Assembly (NCBI GenBank): GCA_963823035.1
Contig: CAWGKG010000005.1
Coordinates: forward strand, 160,001 to 224,000
Origin: an uncultured Gemmatimonadales bacterium
GTDB taxonomy: Bacteria; Gemmatimonadota; Gemmatimonadetes; Longimicrobiales; Gaopeijiaceae
Length of the DNA: 64,000 nucleotides
Reading direction: 5' to 3'
Each line of letters begins with the position of its first letter. Position 1 is the stretch's first letter. A program made the position numbers and the translations under genes. A model generated the notes under the pieces. That model saw only the letters and a list, made by a program, of their open reading frames with translations, was not told the origin of the DNA and searched no databases. Of this stretch, positions 1-8,514 are shown in pieces.

Positions 1-20
1 TCTCAGCGGCCCTTGGACGA

Positions 21-3000
21 TTGAAGGGCTTCCAGCGCAGTACAGTGGAGTATGCGTTTGAGCGCCTCTACCGAGCGCCCGACTCGACGCGGCGCTTCCT
101 GGTGGCGGACGAGGTCGGCTTGGGAAAGACGCTGGTCGCCAGGGGGGTCATCGCCAAGGCCATCGACGAGCTGTGGGAGTCGGTAGACCGGATCGACGTC
201 GTGTACATCTGCTCGAACGCGCAGATCGCGGCGCAGAACATCCAGCGCTTGCAGGTCGGGGGATCCGCCTTCGTGCACGCGGACCGGCTCACGCTTCTGC
301 CGACGGTCATACGCGATCTCCGCCAGAACAAGGTGAACTTGCTGGCATTCACTCCGGCGACGTCGCTGGAGCACAAGAGCAGTCTGGGAGACTGGAGGGA
401 GAGGGCGCTGCTCTATCACCTCGTGCAGCTCGTGTGGCCCTCAGAGGGAGCGGGCCCGAAGAACCTCTTTCAAGGGGGAGTCACGGACCGCCAGGACTGG
501 CGGCGTCGGCTCAGTGCCTTCGCGGAAGACGAGCACATCGACCGGGCCCTGGCGCGGGCCTTCAAGAGGCGCCTGCGAGAGGTGGGAAAGGGGCCACGAT
601 GGGGCGGGGAAGGGCTCAGGAAGAGGTACCTCGACCTTTGCGAGCGCTTTGGACGGTTTCGAGACTCGTATCCCGACGAGGATCGGTGGGGTCGGAATGC
701 GTTCATCGGGCGCCTCAGAGTGCTCCTTGCCGAGACATGTGTCGAGGCGCTCGAGCCGGACCTGGTCATCCTCGACGAGTTCCAGCGATTCAAGGACATC
801 CTGGACGGCGATGACGACGCTGCCGAGATGGCGAAGCGGCTCTTCACCTTTTCGAATCACGAGGCGGACGTACGGCTGCTGCTGCTCTCCGCGACGCCGT
901 ACAAGATGTACACGTTACACCAGGAGAAGGACGAGGACGACCACTACAAGGACTTCCTCCGAACGGTGGAGTTCCTCGACCCACATCTGAAGGAGACCGG
1001 GCGGTTCCGGAAATTGCTCGACGACTATCGGGTTGCGCTCTACCAGATTGAGAGCGGCACGGAAGCCCTTCAGGGGGTGAACGAGAAGATCGAGGCCGAA
1101 CTCCGGCGCGTGATGTCCCGCACGGACCGGCTCAAGGCGGCGGAGGACGCGTCCGGCATGCTGCGAGAAGTTCCGTCGCGGGGCGTGGAGCTGAGGCCCG
1201 CTGAGGTGCGCACCTTCCTTGCGCTACAGGAGATCGGCCGGGAGGTGGACCAGCCACAGGTCCTCGAGTATTGGAAGTCGGCGCCGTATCTCCTGAGCTT
1301 CATGGACGACTACAAGCTCAAGTGGGAGGTTACCCGGAGACTCGGACGGGCGTCGGGCCGACGCCTCACCGAGCTCATCTCGTCGGACGCCTTCATTGCC
1401 CTGCCGTGGTCCGACGTGGAGGAGTACAGAACGCTGGATCCCGCCAACGCGCGACTGCGGGCGCTTCTCGAATGGGTGGAGGAGACGCGCCTGTGGGAGC
1501 TCCTCTGGCTGCCGCCGTCCTTGCCCTACTATTCGCCCCGCGGAGCCTGGCAACACGCGGCTGAGGCCGGTGCCACCAAGCGGCTTGTCTTCTCGACCTG
1601 GAACGTCGTGCCCAAGGCCGTGGCTTGCCTCGTCAGCTACGAAATCGAACGCCGGATCTTCCGCCGGTTCGAAGCGGCCCCCCGCAATACCCTGGAAGAG
1701 CGGAAGAAGCGTAGCCCCCTGCTGAGATTCGCATCGACTGACGGGAGACTGACGGGCATGCCAGTTCTGGGCTTGTTGTATCCAAGTCCGGCGCTGGCTG
1801 CTCTCGGCGATCCTGCTCGGGACGGTACGCCTCAGGCTGATCTGGGAGAGGTGGTGTCACGCGTCCGCGAGCAGGTCCAGCCGATCCTCGATCGGCTCAC
1901 CCTCCGCTACCAGGGCTCAGAAGGGGAGCGACAGGATGAGGCGTGGTACTGGGCCGCTCCCATTCTCATGGACCTGGAGAGAGACGGCGCACTGACCCGC
2001 GAGTGGTTCGCTGATCCCAACCTGGCGGCGGTCTGGAGCGGGGCGGAGTCGAAAGAGGAGGAGGACTCGCGCTGGGGCGACCACGTCACCGCCGCCAAGC
2101 AGGTCATCGAGCCGACTCTCGAACTCGGTCGCCCGCCCGACGACCTCGCTGACGTTGTTGCGGGCCTCGCCGTCGCGGGGCCGGCAGTCTGCGCCCTGCG
2201 GGCGCTCACCCGGGGGTCGGATGTCGGCGCTCGCACGGATCTGCGTGCGCAAGATCGAGCCGGCCAGATCGCCTGGGGATTTCGCACGTTGTTGAATCAG
2301 CCCGAAGCGATGGCCCTCATCCGAGGCGCGCGCCAGGGCGACGAGACACCCTACTGGCGCCAGGCCCTCGACTACTGCGCCGAGGGTCACCTGCAGGCCG
2401 TCCTGGACGAGTACGTGCACACCCTTCGAGACCTCGAAGGCTTGTTTGACGTGGAAGACGAGGAGGCCTGGGAGAAGCTGGCTGAAGCCATCCTGGGCGC
2501 ACTGTCACTGCGCACAGTGACGAGAAGCGTCGACGACATCCGATGCGAGGACGGAAGTGCCCGGGTGGAGAAGCGTCGGCTCCGCAATCACTTCGCCATC
2601 CGGTTCGGCGATCAGGAGAGTGACGATGGAAAGGCGGGAGCACGGGAGGACCTTGTCCGCACGGCCTTCAATTCCCCGTTCTGGCCCTTCGTCTTGACCT
2701 CGACCTCGGTGGGGCAGGAGGGCCTGGATTTCCACGCCTACTGCCACGCCGTGGTCCACTGGAATCTCCCCGCGAACCCCGTCGATTTGGAGCAGAGGGA
2801 GGGCCGCGTGCAACGCTACAAGGGGCACGCCGTCCGGAAGAACGTGGCGCACGTATTCGGAAGGGACGCCTCGGGTATCGGCTCGGAGGACGTGTGGAAC
2901 GCGCTCTTCGAGATCGCCCGGCAGCACGCCCCCACGGACCATGGACTGGTTCCCTACTGGCTCTTTCCGACGCCGGGCGGTGCGCAGATCGAACGCCACG

Positions 3001-3191
3001 TTCCAGCGCTCCCTCTGAGTCGCGATGCCTACCAACTGGAGGCGCTCAAGCGGTCTCTGGCCGTGTACCGGATGGTGTTCGGACAGCCGCGGCAGGACGA
3101 CCTGATGGCGTTCCTGCTCGATCGCTTCCCGCCTGATGAGCTGTCTGAGATCACTTCGTTGCTCCAGATCGATCTGTCACCTCCTGCCTGA
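21..3191 (+). CDS. SNF2/DEAD-like superfamily 2 helicase (true start probably upstream of the window)
   Basis: Motif I ADEVGLGKT, motif II LDEFQ, motif III LSATP, motif V STSVGQEGLDF, motif VI EQREGRVQR. The frame is open back to position 3. Confidence 0.9.
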   Translation: MKGFQRSTVEYAFERLYRAPDSTRRFLVADEVGLGKTLVARGVIAKAIDELWESVDRIDVVYICSNAQIAAQNIQRLQVGGSAFVHADRLTLLPTVIRDLRQNKVNLLAFTPATSLEHKSSLGDWRERALLYHLVQLVWPSEGAGPKNLFQGGVTDRQDWRRRLSAFAEDEHIDRALARAFKRRLREVGKGPRWGGEGLRKRYLDLCERFGRFRDSYPDEDRWGRNAFIGRLRVLLAETCVEALEPDLVILDEFQRFKDILDGDDDAAEMAKRLFTFSNHEADVRLLLLSATPYKMYTLHQEKDEDDHYKDFLRTVEFLDPHLKETGRFRKLLDDYRVALYQIESGTEALQGVNEKIEAELRRVMSRTDRLKAAEDASGMLREVPSRGVELRPAEVRTFLALQEIGREVDQPQVLEYWKSAPYLLSFMDDYKLKWEVTRRLGRASGRRLTELISSDAFIALPWSDVEEYRTLDPANARLRALLEWVEETRLWELLWLPPSLPYYSPRGAWQHAAEAGATKRLVFSTWNVVPKAVACLVSYEIERRIFRRFEAAPRNTLEERKKRSPLLRFASTDGRLTGMPVLGLLYPSPALAALGDPARDGTPQADLGEVVSRVREQVQPILDRLTLRYQGSEGERQDEAWYWAAPILMDLERDGALTREWFADPNLAAVWSGAESKEEEDSRWGDHVTAAKQVIEPTLELGRPPDDLADVVAGLAVAGPAVCALRALTRGSDVGARTDLRAQDRAGQIAWGFRTLLNQPEAMALIRGARQGDETPYWRQALDYCAEGHLQAVLDEYVHTLRDLEGLFDVEDEEAWEKLAEAILGALSLRTVTRSVDDIRCEDGSARVEKRRLRNHFAIRFGDQESDDGKAGAREDLVRTAFNSPFWPFVLTSTSVGQEGLDFHAYCHAVVHWNLPANPVDLEQREGRVQRYKGHAVRKNVAHVFGRDASGIGSEDVWNALFEIARQHAPTDHGLVPYWLFPTPGGAQIERHVPALPLSRDAYQLEALKRSLAVYRMVFGQPRQDDLMAFLLDRFPPDELSEITSLLQIDLSPPA

Positions 3192-3347
3192 GACGGCACG
3201 CTCCCGCGGCCAACCGTCGCAGAAGCGACCATCGGGGGATTCCTGGAGAGCCACAGTGCGACGGGTAGCGTCCAGTGGATCGAAGGAAGGCTCGCCTTCC
3301 CACGTCCACCTGGAGGAGAGCGGCGGCGGGCGCGTCGCGGCCCTCGG

Positions 3348-3605
3348 CTAGATGCCGGCCACGGGCTCAGCCGTCCGCACGAACACCCGCGGCGGCGGCG
3401 GCAGGTTGTCCTCCCGCGGTGTGGGGTTCACGGCGTCCGGCCGGTCCTCGATACCGATCGGGCTCATCGACAGCGGCGGCCACAGCGCGAAGACGAGCAG
3501 ATGCGTGAGCGTAGCGGCCAGCAGCGAGGTCGCGAGCAGCGGCTGGGCCCTGTCCTTGAGGCGTTCGTTCGCTGTGCGTGGGAGCGCGTGCGCGGTGGGG
3601 GCCAC
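3348..3605 (-). pseudogene. Truncated energy transducer TonB-like N-terminus
   Basis: TANERLK, then a TM helix with His (SLLAATLTHLLVFALWP), then Pro-rich LPPPPR. It stops before any TonB C-terminal domain. GGAGG RBS upstream. Confidence 0.5.
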
Positions 3606-3723
3606 GGGACACCTCCTTGGATGCGTTGGCGCCGCGGTGGTCGTCGCGTCACCTCTTCCTTAACCTACGACGGTTCAGCGCCAGCGGACTAGAGTTCGAG
3701 CATGAGTTCCGGGTCTCAGCCGG

Positions 3724-4090
3724 GGCAACGTGGGCGAGATAGTCCTCCGGGCCTCGGACACCTTCGTCGGGCGGTTCCGCTTCTTTCACAGCCGCGCTCC
3801 CCTGCTTGCCGCCTTCTTCACGGCGCGATAGCGGCCGCTCGCCCGTTCCGCGGCGTCGGGCCAGCGCCACAGACGATCGTGCAAACTGGGCGCGGCCCGG
3901 TCGCGATCACCGGTGCGATGGAGCCCAGGCTCCGCCAACTCACCGGCATCGTGGTCTCGGTCTGCGGCACCCCGTCCCAGGAGCCTCCGGCCGCCGAGGG
4001 ACTCATGGCAGCTGAGTTCGAGCTCCGCTCGGTGCGCGGCGCGCCCGCCTATCTGGGCGTGGTCCGGACGCGGGGCAGCGCGGTGCAGCT
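3724..4090 (+). pseudogene. Fragment of a hypothetical protein, interrupted by a 64-nt insertion
   Basis: Protein-like reading DTFVGRFR|GVGPAPQTIVQTGRGPVAITGAMEPRLRQLTGIVVSVCG. No start codon, and it collides with a minus-strand fragment near 4090. Confidence 0.35.
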
Positions 4091-4307
4091 GGCCATAGCC
4101 CTGGCCGAGCGTGAGGGGACTAACGAGAAGGGACAACACGCCGTAAACGGTCGTGTAGGTCCCGATTCCTACGCCCATATCCAGCTCGATCCACTGCCGC
4201 GGGATCACGAATGCGAGCAGGAGCCCCACCGCCGCCAGGAACACCCCGGTGAGGAGCACCGTCCGCGCCTTCACCCGACTGCGCCGGAACTCGATGGGGG
4301 CCTTCAT
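4090..4307 (-). pseudogene. 5' fragment of a two-TM membrane protein
   Basis: MKAPIEFRRSRVK followed by two hydrophobic segments, then loss of protein-like character where it runs into the opposite-strand fragment. Confidence 0.35.
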
Positions 4308-4528
4308 CAGTCGTCCGGCACCCGGGTCGCGTCTCCGGTGACCGGTGCCTCGCCTCTACCGCGCGCCGAGGCGGGTATCGCCCTTCACGGAGCAGATCGC
4401 TCGGGAGACGAACCTGGAGGCCTTCGACCTGGCCGGCCTTCTCCAGGAGGGGATGCCGGCCGGCTGGTTCTGAAGCGACAGAGGTGCCCTGAGCGCCGAC
4501 CCGTGGCATCCCGCGACAGCCGATTTCC

Positions 4529-4680
4529 TTATCGGATGAGGTCCAGGATGGGACCCCACGTGTCGTCGTCGGGGGTCTGGTAGACCGAGTTGTGGCCCGA
4601 GGTCTCGAGCGCCAGGAACGTCGCCTGCCCGCGGGCCGCCGCGGCCAGCTCCTCCCCCATGGACAGCTTCACCATCATCG
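4529..4680 (-). pseudogene. C-terminal fragment of an alpha/beta hydrolase
   Basis: MMVKLSMGEELAAAARGQATFLALETSGHNSVY...WGPILDLIR* resembles the catalytic His (GHN) end of alpha/beta hydrolases. The N-terminal part is absent. Confidence 0.5.
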
Positions 4681-5610
4681 CCCGGGCCCTCGAGTTGCCG
4701 TAGGAGCATCTGGCCGAGCACTGAGGCTCACGCCATGCGCGAGTGACTCTACCCCGATCCATCGACGTCCCACCGCCCCTGCTCCCAACGCCACGGGCAA
4801 CGCGACGAGCGCGTACACGGCCGAAGGCAGGGCCATCCTGGGGTCGTGGAGAAGCGTGAGCGCCACGAACGTGGCGGTCGCGACGTTCTGGAGCCCGAGC
4901 TCGATGGCGATGGTCACAGAGGCGGATGCCGGTAGCCGGGCCGCCCGTGCAAGGACCAGCCCGAGGATCGTGGCGCCCATGTCGAGGGCAACGACCGGGG
5001 CTCCCAACTGGCCGAGACCCTCCCGCAGAGCGCCGGCATTCTGTGCCGTGATGAGGCCGATGACGGCAAGGAAGAGCGCGACGGACAGAACGCGTACGCG
5101 TCGCTCCAGCGCCGTGGCCCTGGGACCGAGGCTCCGGCGAATCGCCATCCCCAGGAAGATCGGGAGAACGGAGACGGTGAGGAGCCGGGCCATGGTCACG
5201 TCCACCGGGAGGTGCAGGGCCGGGTGCGTCCCGGACCAGACGGTCGCCATCCACCCATACAGGATGGGGATGGAGAATGGAGTGGCAACGCTCGATAGAG
5301 CGGTAAGGCTCACCGAGAGGGCGAGGTCGGCTCCCATCAGGCCACTGACGACGTTGGAGAGGGCGCCGCCCGGCGAGAGGGTCAGAACCAGAATGCCCAG
5401 CGCGAAGCTCGACTCCAGTCCGTAGATCCGGACAACCAGGACCCCCAATACGGGCAGGAGCAGCAGCTGGCCGCCGAGGCCCACGGCCAGTGCTCTGGGA
5501 GTCCCGAACACACGCCCGAAGTCGGACAGCCGCAGAGACAGCCCGAGCCCCAACATGAGAACGATGAGGGCCGCCGGCACCAACGCCGCCGCGAGACCCG
5601 ACTCGGCCAC
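4675..5610 (-). CDS. Bile acid:sodium symporter (BASS) family transporter
   Basis: MLGLGLSL..DF, GQLLLLP, SPGGALSN, D.ALSVSLT and IELGLQN motifs; many TM helices. Confidence 0.92.
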   Translation of the reverse strand: MAESGLAAALVPAALIVLMLGLGLSLRLSDFGRVFGTPRALAVGLGGQLLLLPVLGVLVVRIYGLESSFALGILVLTLSPGGALSNVVSGLMGADLALSVSLTALSSVATPFSIPILYGWMATVWSGTHPALHLPVDVTMARLLTVSVLPIFLGMAIRRSLGPRATALERRVRVLSVALFLAVIGLITAQNAGALREGLGQLGAPVVALDMGATILGLVLARAARLPASASVTIAIELGLQNVATATFVALTLLHDPRMALPSAVYALVALPVALGAGAVGRRWIGVESLAHGVSLSARPDAPTATRGPGR

Positions 5611-5612
5611 GG

Positions 5613-6458
5613 TCAGGCCAATCCCACTCCCACGAGCACGTTCGTGGGGAAGACGGCGGGCCCCTCCCCCTGGGCCTCCTCCACGAGGCGAACGAAGGTG
5701 GCGCCCGCGGCGTCGATCTTCTCCGGTGAGATGGCCGCGAAGGCAGCCGCTACCGGGGGAGCCACCGCCGGTCCCCAGCGGCGCCAGAACGCGCCCGGGT
5801 CCTCGACGACCCAGGGCACGCTGGTCTCCTCGACGCGGACCTCATGGAAGCCGCTGTCCCGGAGTGCGGCGCTCAGGCCCTCCCGATGGGAGTACCTCTC
5901 ATAGGAGACGCCCGCGGCTACGGGGTTCGCCCCCACGGAAGCCAGCGCGGCGACGAGGGTCTGCCACAACGTCGACTTCCGGGGAGAGGCCACGTTGGTG
6001 ACCACGACCCGGCCACCCGGCCGCACCACGCGCCGGAGCTCCGAGAGGCCACGCGCCGGGTCATCGAAAAGGACGACGCCGAGATTCGACGCAGCGCAGT
6101 CGAAGGAGTCGTCCTCCAGGTCCAGGGCCATTGCGTCCATCTGGCGGACCTCGACTTCTCCGTCCCCGTCCAGCTTCGATCTCAGTCGATCGAGCATGCC
6201 GGGAGCCCGGTCGATGGCGGTGACGTGGGCACCGCGCTCCAGGGCCGGCAGGGTCAGAGCTCCCGTTCCGGCTGCCACATCCAGAACGTGCTCGCCGGGG
6301 CCGAGTCGCAGGTGATCGAGGGCGACGACCGCCACACGCGAGCTGAATCCCACGAACATGGCCTCGTAGTCGTCGACGAGGTGGCTCCACCTGTCAGGGG
6401 TCTGTCCCACCGCGCTGCCGGATTCCGTCTGCTGGGTACCATGGGCTGTGTTTCTCAT
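5613..6458 (-). CDS. Class I SAM-dependent methyltransferase
   Basis: VLDVAAGTG motif I, MDAMALDLEDDSFD, LRRVVRPGG. Confidence 0.92.
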   Translation of the reverse strand: MRNTAHGTQQTESGSAVGQTPDRWSHLVDDYEAMFVGFSSRVAVVALDHLRLGPGEHVLDVAAGTGALTLPALERGAHVTAIDRAPGMLDRLRSKLDGDGEVEVRQMDAMALDLEDDSFDCAASNLGVVLFDDPARGLSELRRVVRPGGRVVVTNVASPRKSTLWQTLVAALASVGANPVAAGVSYERYSHREGLSAALRDSGFHEVRVEETSVPWVVEDPGAFWRRWGPAVAPPVAAAFAAISPEKIDAAGATFVRLVEEAQGEGPAVFPTNVLVGVGLA

Positions 6459-6492
6459 GTGCCCAAGCTCCAAGCGCGCCCGTCCCGACGAA

Positions 6493-6542
6493 ATCGCAGG
6501 AAGATGGGATCTTCGGAGACGGGCATCCCAGGAACCCGGGAT
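6493..6542 (-). promoter_or_regulatory. Tandem 18-bp operator repeats upstream of the methyltransferase
   Basis: The minus strand has ATCCCgggTTCCTGgGAT (6525-6542) and ATCCCatcTTCCTGcGAT (6493-6510), period 32 bp, between the LuxR-type regulator and the methyltransferase. Confidence 0.6.
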
Positions 6543-6543
6543 G

Positions 6544-7566
6544 TCAGGCGCCGCCGAGTCCCCGCTCCAGGGCGTAGCGCACGGCCTCCGCCCGCCGCTT
6601 GGTCCCGGTCTTGGTGTAGATGTGCGTCAGGTGACGGGTGACGGTGTTGAGGCTGATGGAGAGTCGCTCTGCGATCTCTGCGTTGGTGGCGCCACGTGCG
6701 ACCTGGCCCAGGACCTCGCGTTCGCGGGGCGTCAGGCGTTCGAGCCCTCCGGCGTCTCCCAACCGGGGACCCACGAAGGCGCGGATCGTGGCCAGCGTCC
6801 CGTCGTCCACGGGATTCCCTTCGTCACCACCCACCAGGAGGCGCGCACCGGGAATGCGGGCGGCGAGCTCGCGGCTCCGCTCTTCGTGGGCCAGCGCGTT
6901 GGACGGGTCGTACACGACAAGCGTGGGAGCACGCACCTCTCCCAGCTCGGGCGTCACGTCCCAGGCACGCCGGGCCTCGAGGAAGGCGAGGAACTCGGCC
7001 TGCGTGGTCGCGTCCCGCGCCACCGCGGCCCACCGCCGGGCCTCCTCGGCGTCCCGCCAGCCCAGCGCTGCCTGGCAGATGGACTCGGTGAACATCTCCC
7101 AGTCGGTCGCCGCCATCCTGAACAGGGAGCTCATGCGGGGCTTCTGGCCGTGGGCGGCGTCCCCTGCGAAGCTGTTGTAGAGTACGAGGTTGGACACGCT
7201 CCCGGGGTGCCGCGCGGCGTAGGCGATGGCCGGTAGACCTCCGGTGATCCATCCCAGCAGGGCGACGGGTCCGGACGCGACTGCGCCGACGATGAGCTCG
7301 ATGTCCTGCACCAGGGCGTCGATGGACTGCGGCCCGTGCCCCCTGCTCGAGAGTCCGCCGCCACGATGGTCGTAGCGCACCACCGTGAAGCTCCGGGCGA
7401 GCCCTTGATACCACCGACGCATTCCCTCCACCGACCATTCGGAGCGGGCGTGTCCGAGCTGGACGTTGGGTGAGTGGAGAAGCACCGGGCCACGACCGAG
7501 CTTCCAGTAGGCCAGGGCGAGACCGTCGGCTCGACGCACGTAGCGGATGGTGGGAGCGGTGGGCAT
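6544..7566 (-). CDS. Alpha/beta-hydrolase-fold sensor fused to LuxR HTH transcriptional regulator
   Basis: N-terminal hydrolase fold (VVRYDHRGGGLS). C-terminal LTPREREVLGQVARGATNAEIAERLSISLNTVTRHLTHIYTK. Confidence 0.92.
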   Translation of the reverse strand: MPTAPTIRYVRRADGLALAYWKLGRGPVLLHSPNVQLGHARSEWSVEGMRRWYQGLARSFTVVRYDHRGGGLSSRGHGPQSIDALVQDIELIVGAVASGPVALLGWITGGLPAIAYAARHPGSVSNLVLYNSFAGDAAHGQKPRMSSLFRMAATDWEMFTESICQAALGWRDAEEARRWAAVARDATTQAEFLAFLEARRAWDVTPELGEVRAPTLVVYDPSNALAHEERSRELAARIPGARLLVGGDEGNPVDDGTLATIRAFVGPRLGDAGGLERLTPREREVLGQVARGATNAEIAERLSISLNTVTRHLTHIYTKTGTKRRAEAVRYALERGLGGA

Positions 7567-7638
7567 TCCAGGGCCCAATCTGGCAGGGGAGCGGCCCTGG
7601 AAGTCAAGGGAAGGAGTTCGACCTGCCCGGCAGCGTGC

Positions 7639-8502
7639 CTACTTCGGACCTCCCAGGCGCGTCAACTCGGCCTCCGCCGCAATGAACCCGAACGCGGGCC
7701 ATCCACCCGAGGCGACCGCGGTCTGGAAGGCAGCGCGGGCCCGTGCCGTGTCTGCGTTCAGCAAGTACCAGTTGCCCAGCCCGTACCGTAGGGTGGCCAC
7801 CTGCACGTCCTGGGTGTCGGCGGGCGTGAGCAGTTCGTCGGGCTGGATCAGCCCGCGATAGAGCTGCAGGCGCCGCGTGTAGGCGTTCTCCGCCGGGATC
7901 GGATCCGCGTTGTCGTCGAGCCAGGCCTTTGCGTCCGCCCGGCGCCCGGCCCGGGACAGGGACATCCAACCCCAGTCGATGGAGCCCGCATGCTCTTCGG
8001 CGTTGGGCGCGAAGGGCAGGCCATGCATGAAGGCGTCCGCGGCTCCGTCGAAGTCGCCGGACACGTACTTCACCACACCCAGGTGGTACCAGCAGCCGTA
8101 CGTGGTCGAGTCGAGGGCGAGGCCACGCTCCAGGTCTGCGCGCGCGCTATCCAGTTGCCGCACCGACAGGTAGCGATGGCCCCGCCACCGGTAGAACAAG
8201 GCGCGGTCCGGAGCGACTTCCAGCCCGCGGGTGAAGGTCTCGATGGCCTCGTGGTATCGCCGGATGCCGGCCTGGGCGAGGCCGAGCTGAAGGATCTTCT
8301 CGACGTTCCGCGGGTCGGCCGCCAATTCCGATTCGGCCTGAGCCACCGTCCCCGTGTCCGACAGCGCGACGTACTCCACGCCCGCCGGTGAGCGATACTC
8401 CACGAGGCGCTCCGGCGGAGGCGTCGGCGCGGTGCAGGCGGCCTGAAGCAGCGCGAAGGTGCCGAGGCGTCCGTACGTCAGGATCAGCTTTCGCGTGCGC
8501 AT
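7639..8502 (-). CDS. Tetratricopeptide repeat lipoprotein
   Basis: Lipobox-like LQAAC; TPR-like repeats (YHEAIETFTRGLEVAP, WYHLGVVKYVSGDFDGAADAF). Confidence 0.8.
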   Translation of the reverse strand: MRTRKLILTYGRLGTFALLQAACTAPTPPPERLVEYRSPAGVEYVALSDTGTVAQAESELAADPRNVEKILQLGLAQAGIRRYHEAIETFTRGLEVAPDRALFYRWRGHRYLSVRQLDSARADLERGLALDSTTYGCWYHLGVVKYVSGDFDGAADAFMHGLPFAPNAEEHAGSIDWGWMSLSRAGRRADAKAWLDDNADPIPAENAYTRRLQLYRGLIQPDELLTPADTQDVQVATLRYGLGNWYLLNADTARARAAFQTAVASGGWPAFGFIAAEAELTRLGGPK

Positions 8503-8514
8503 GACTCGGCTCCG

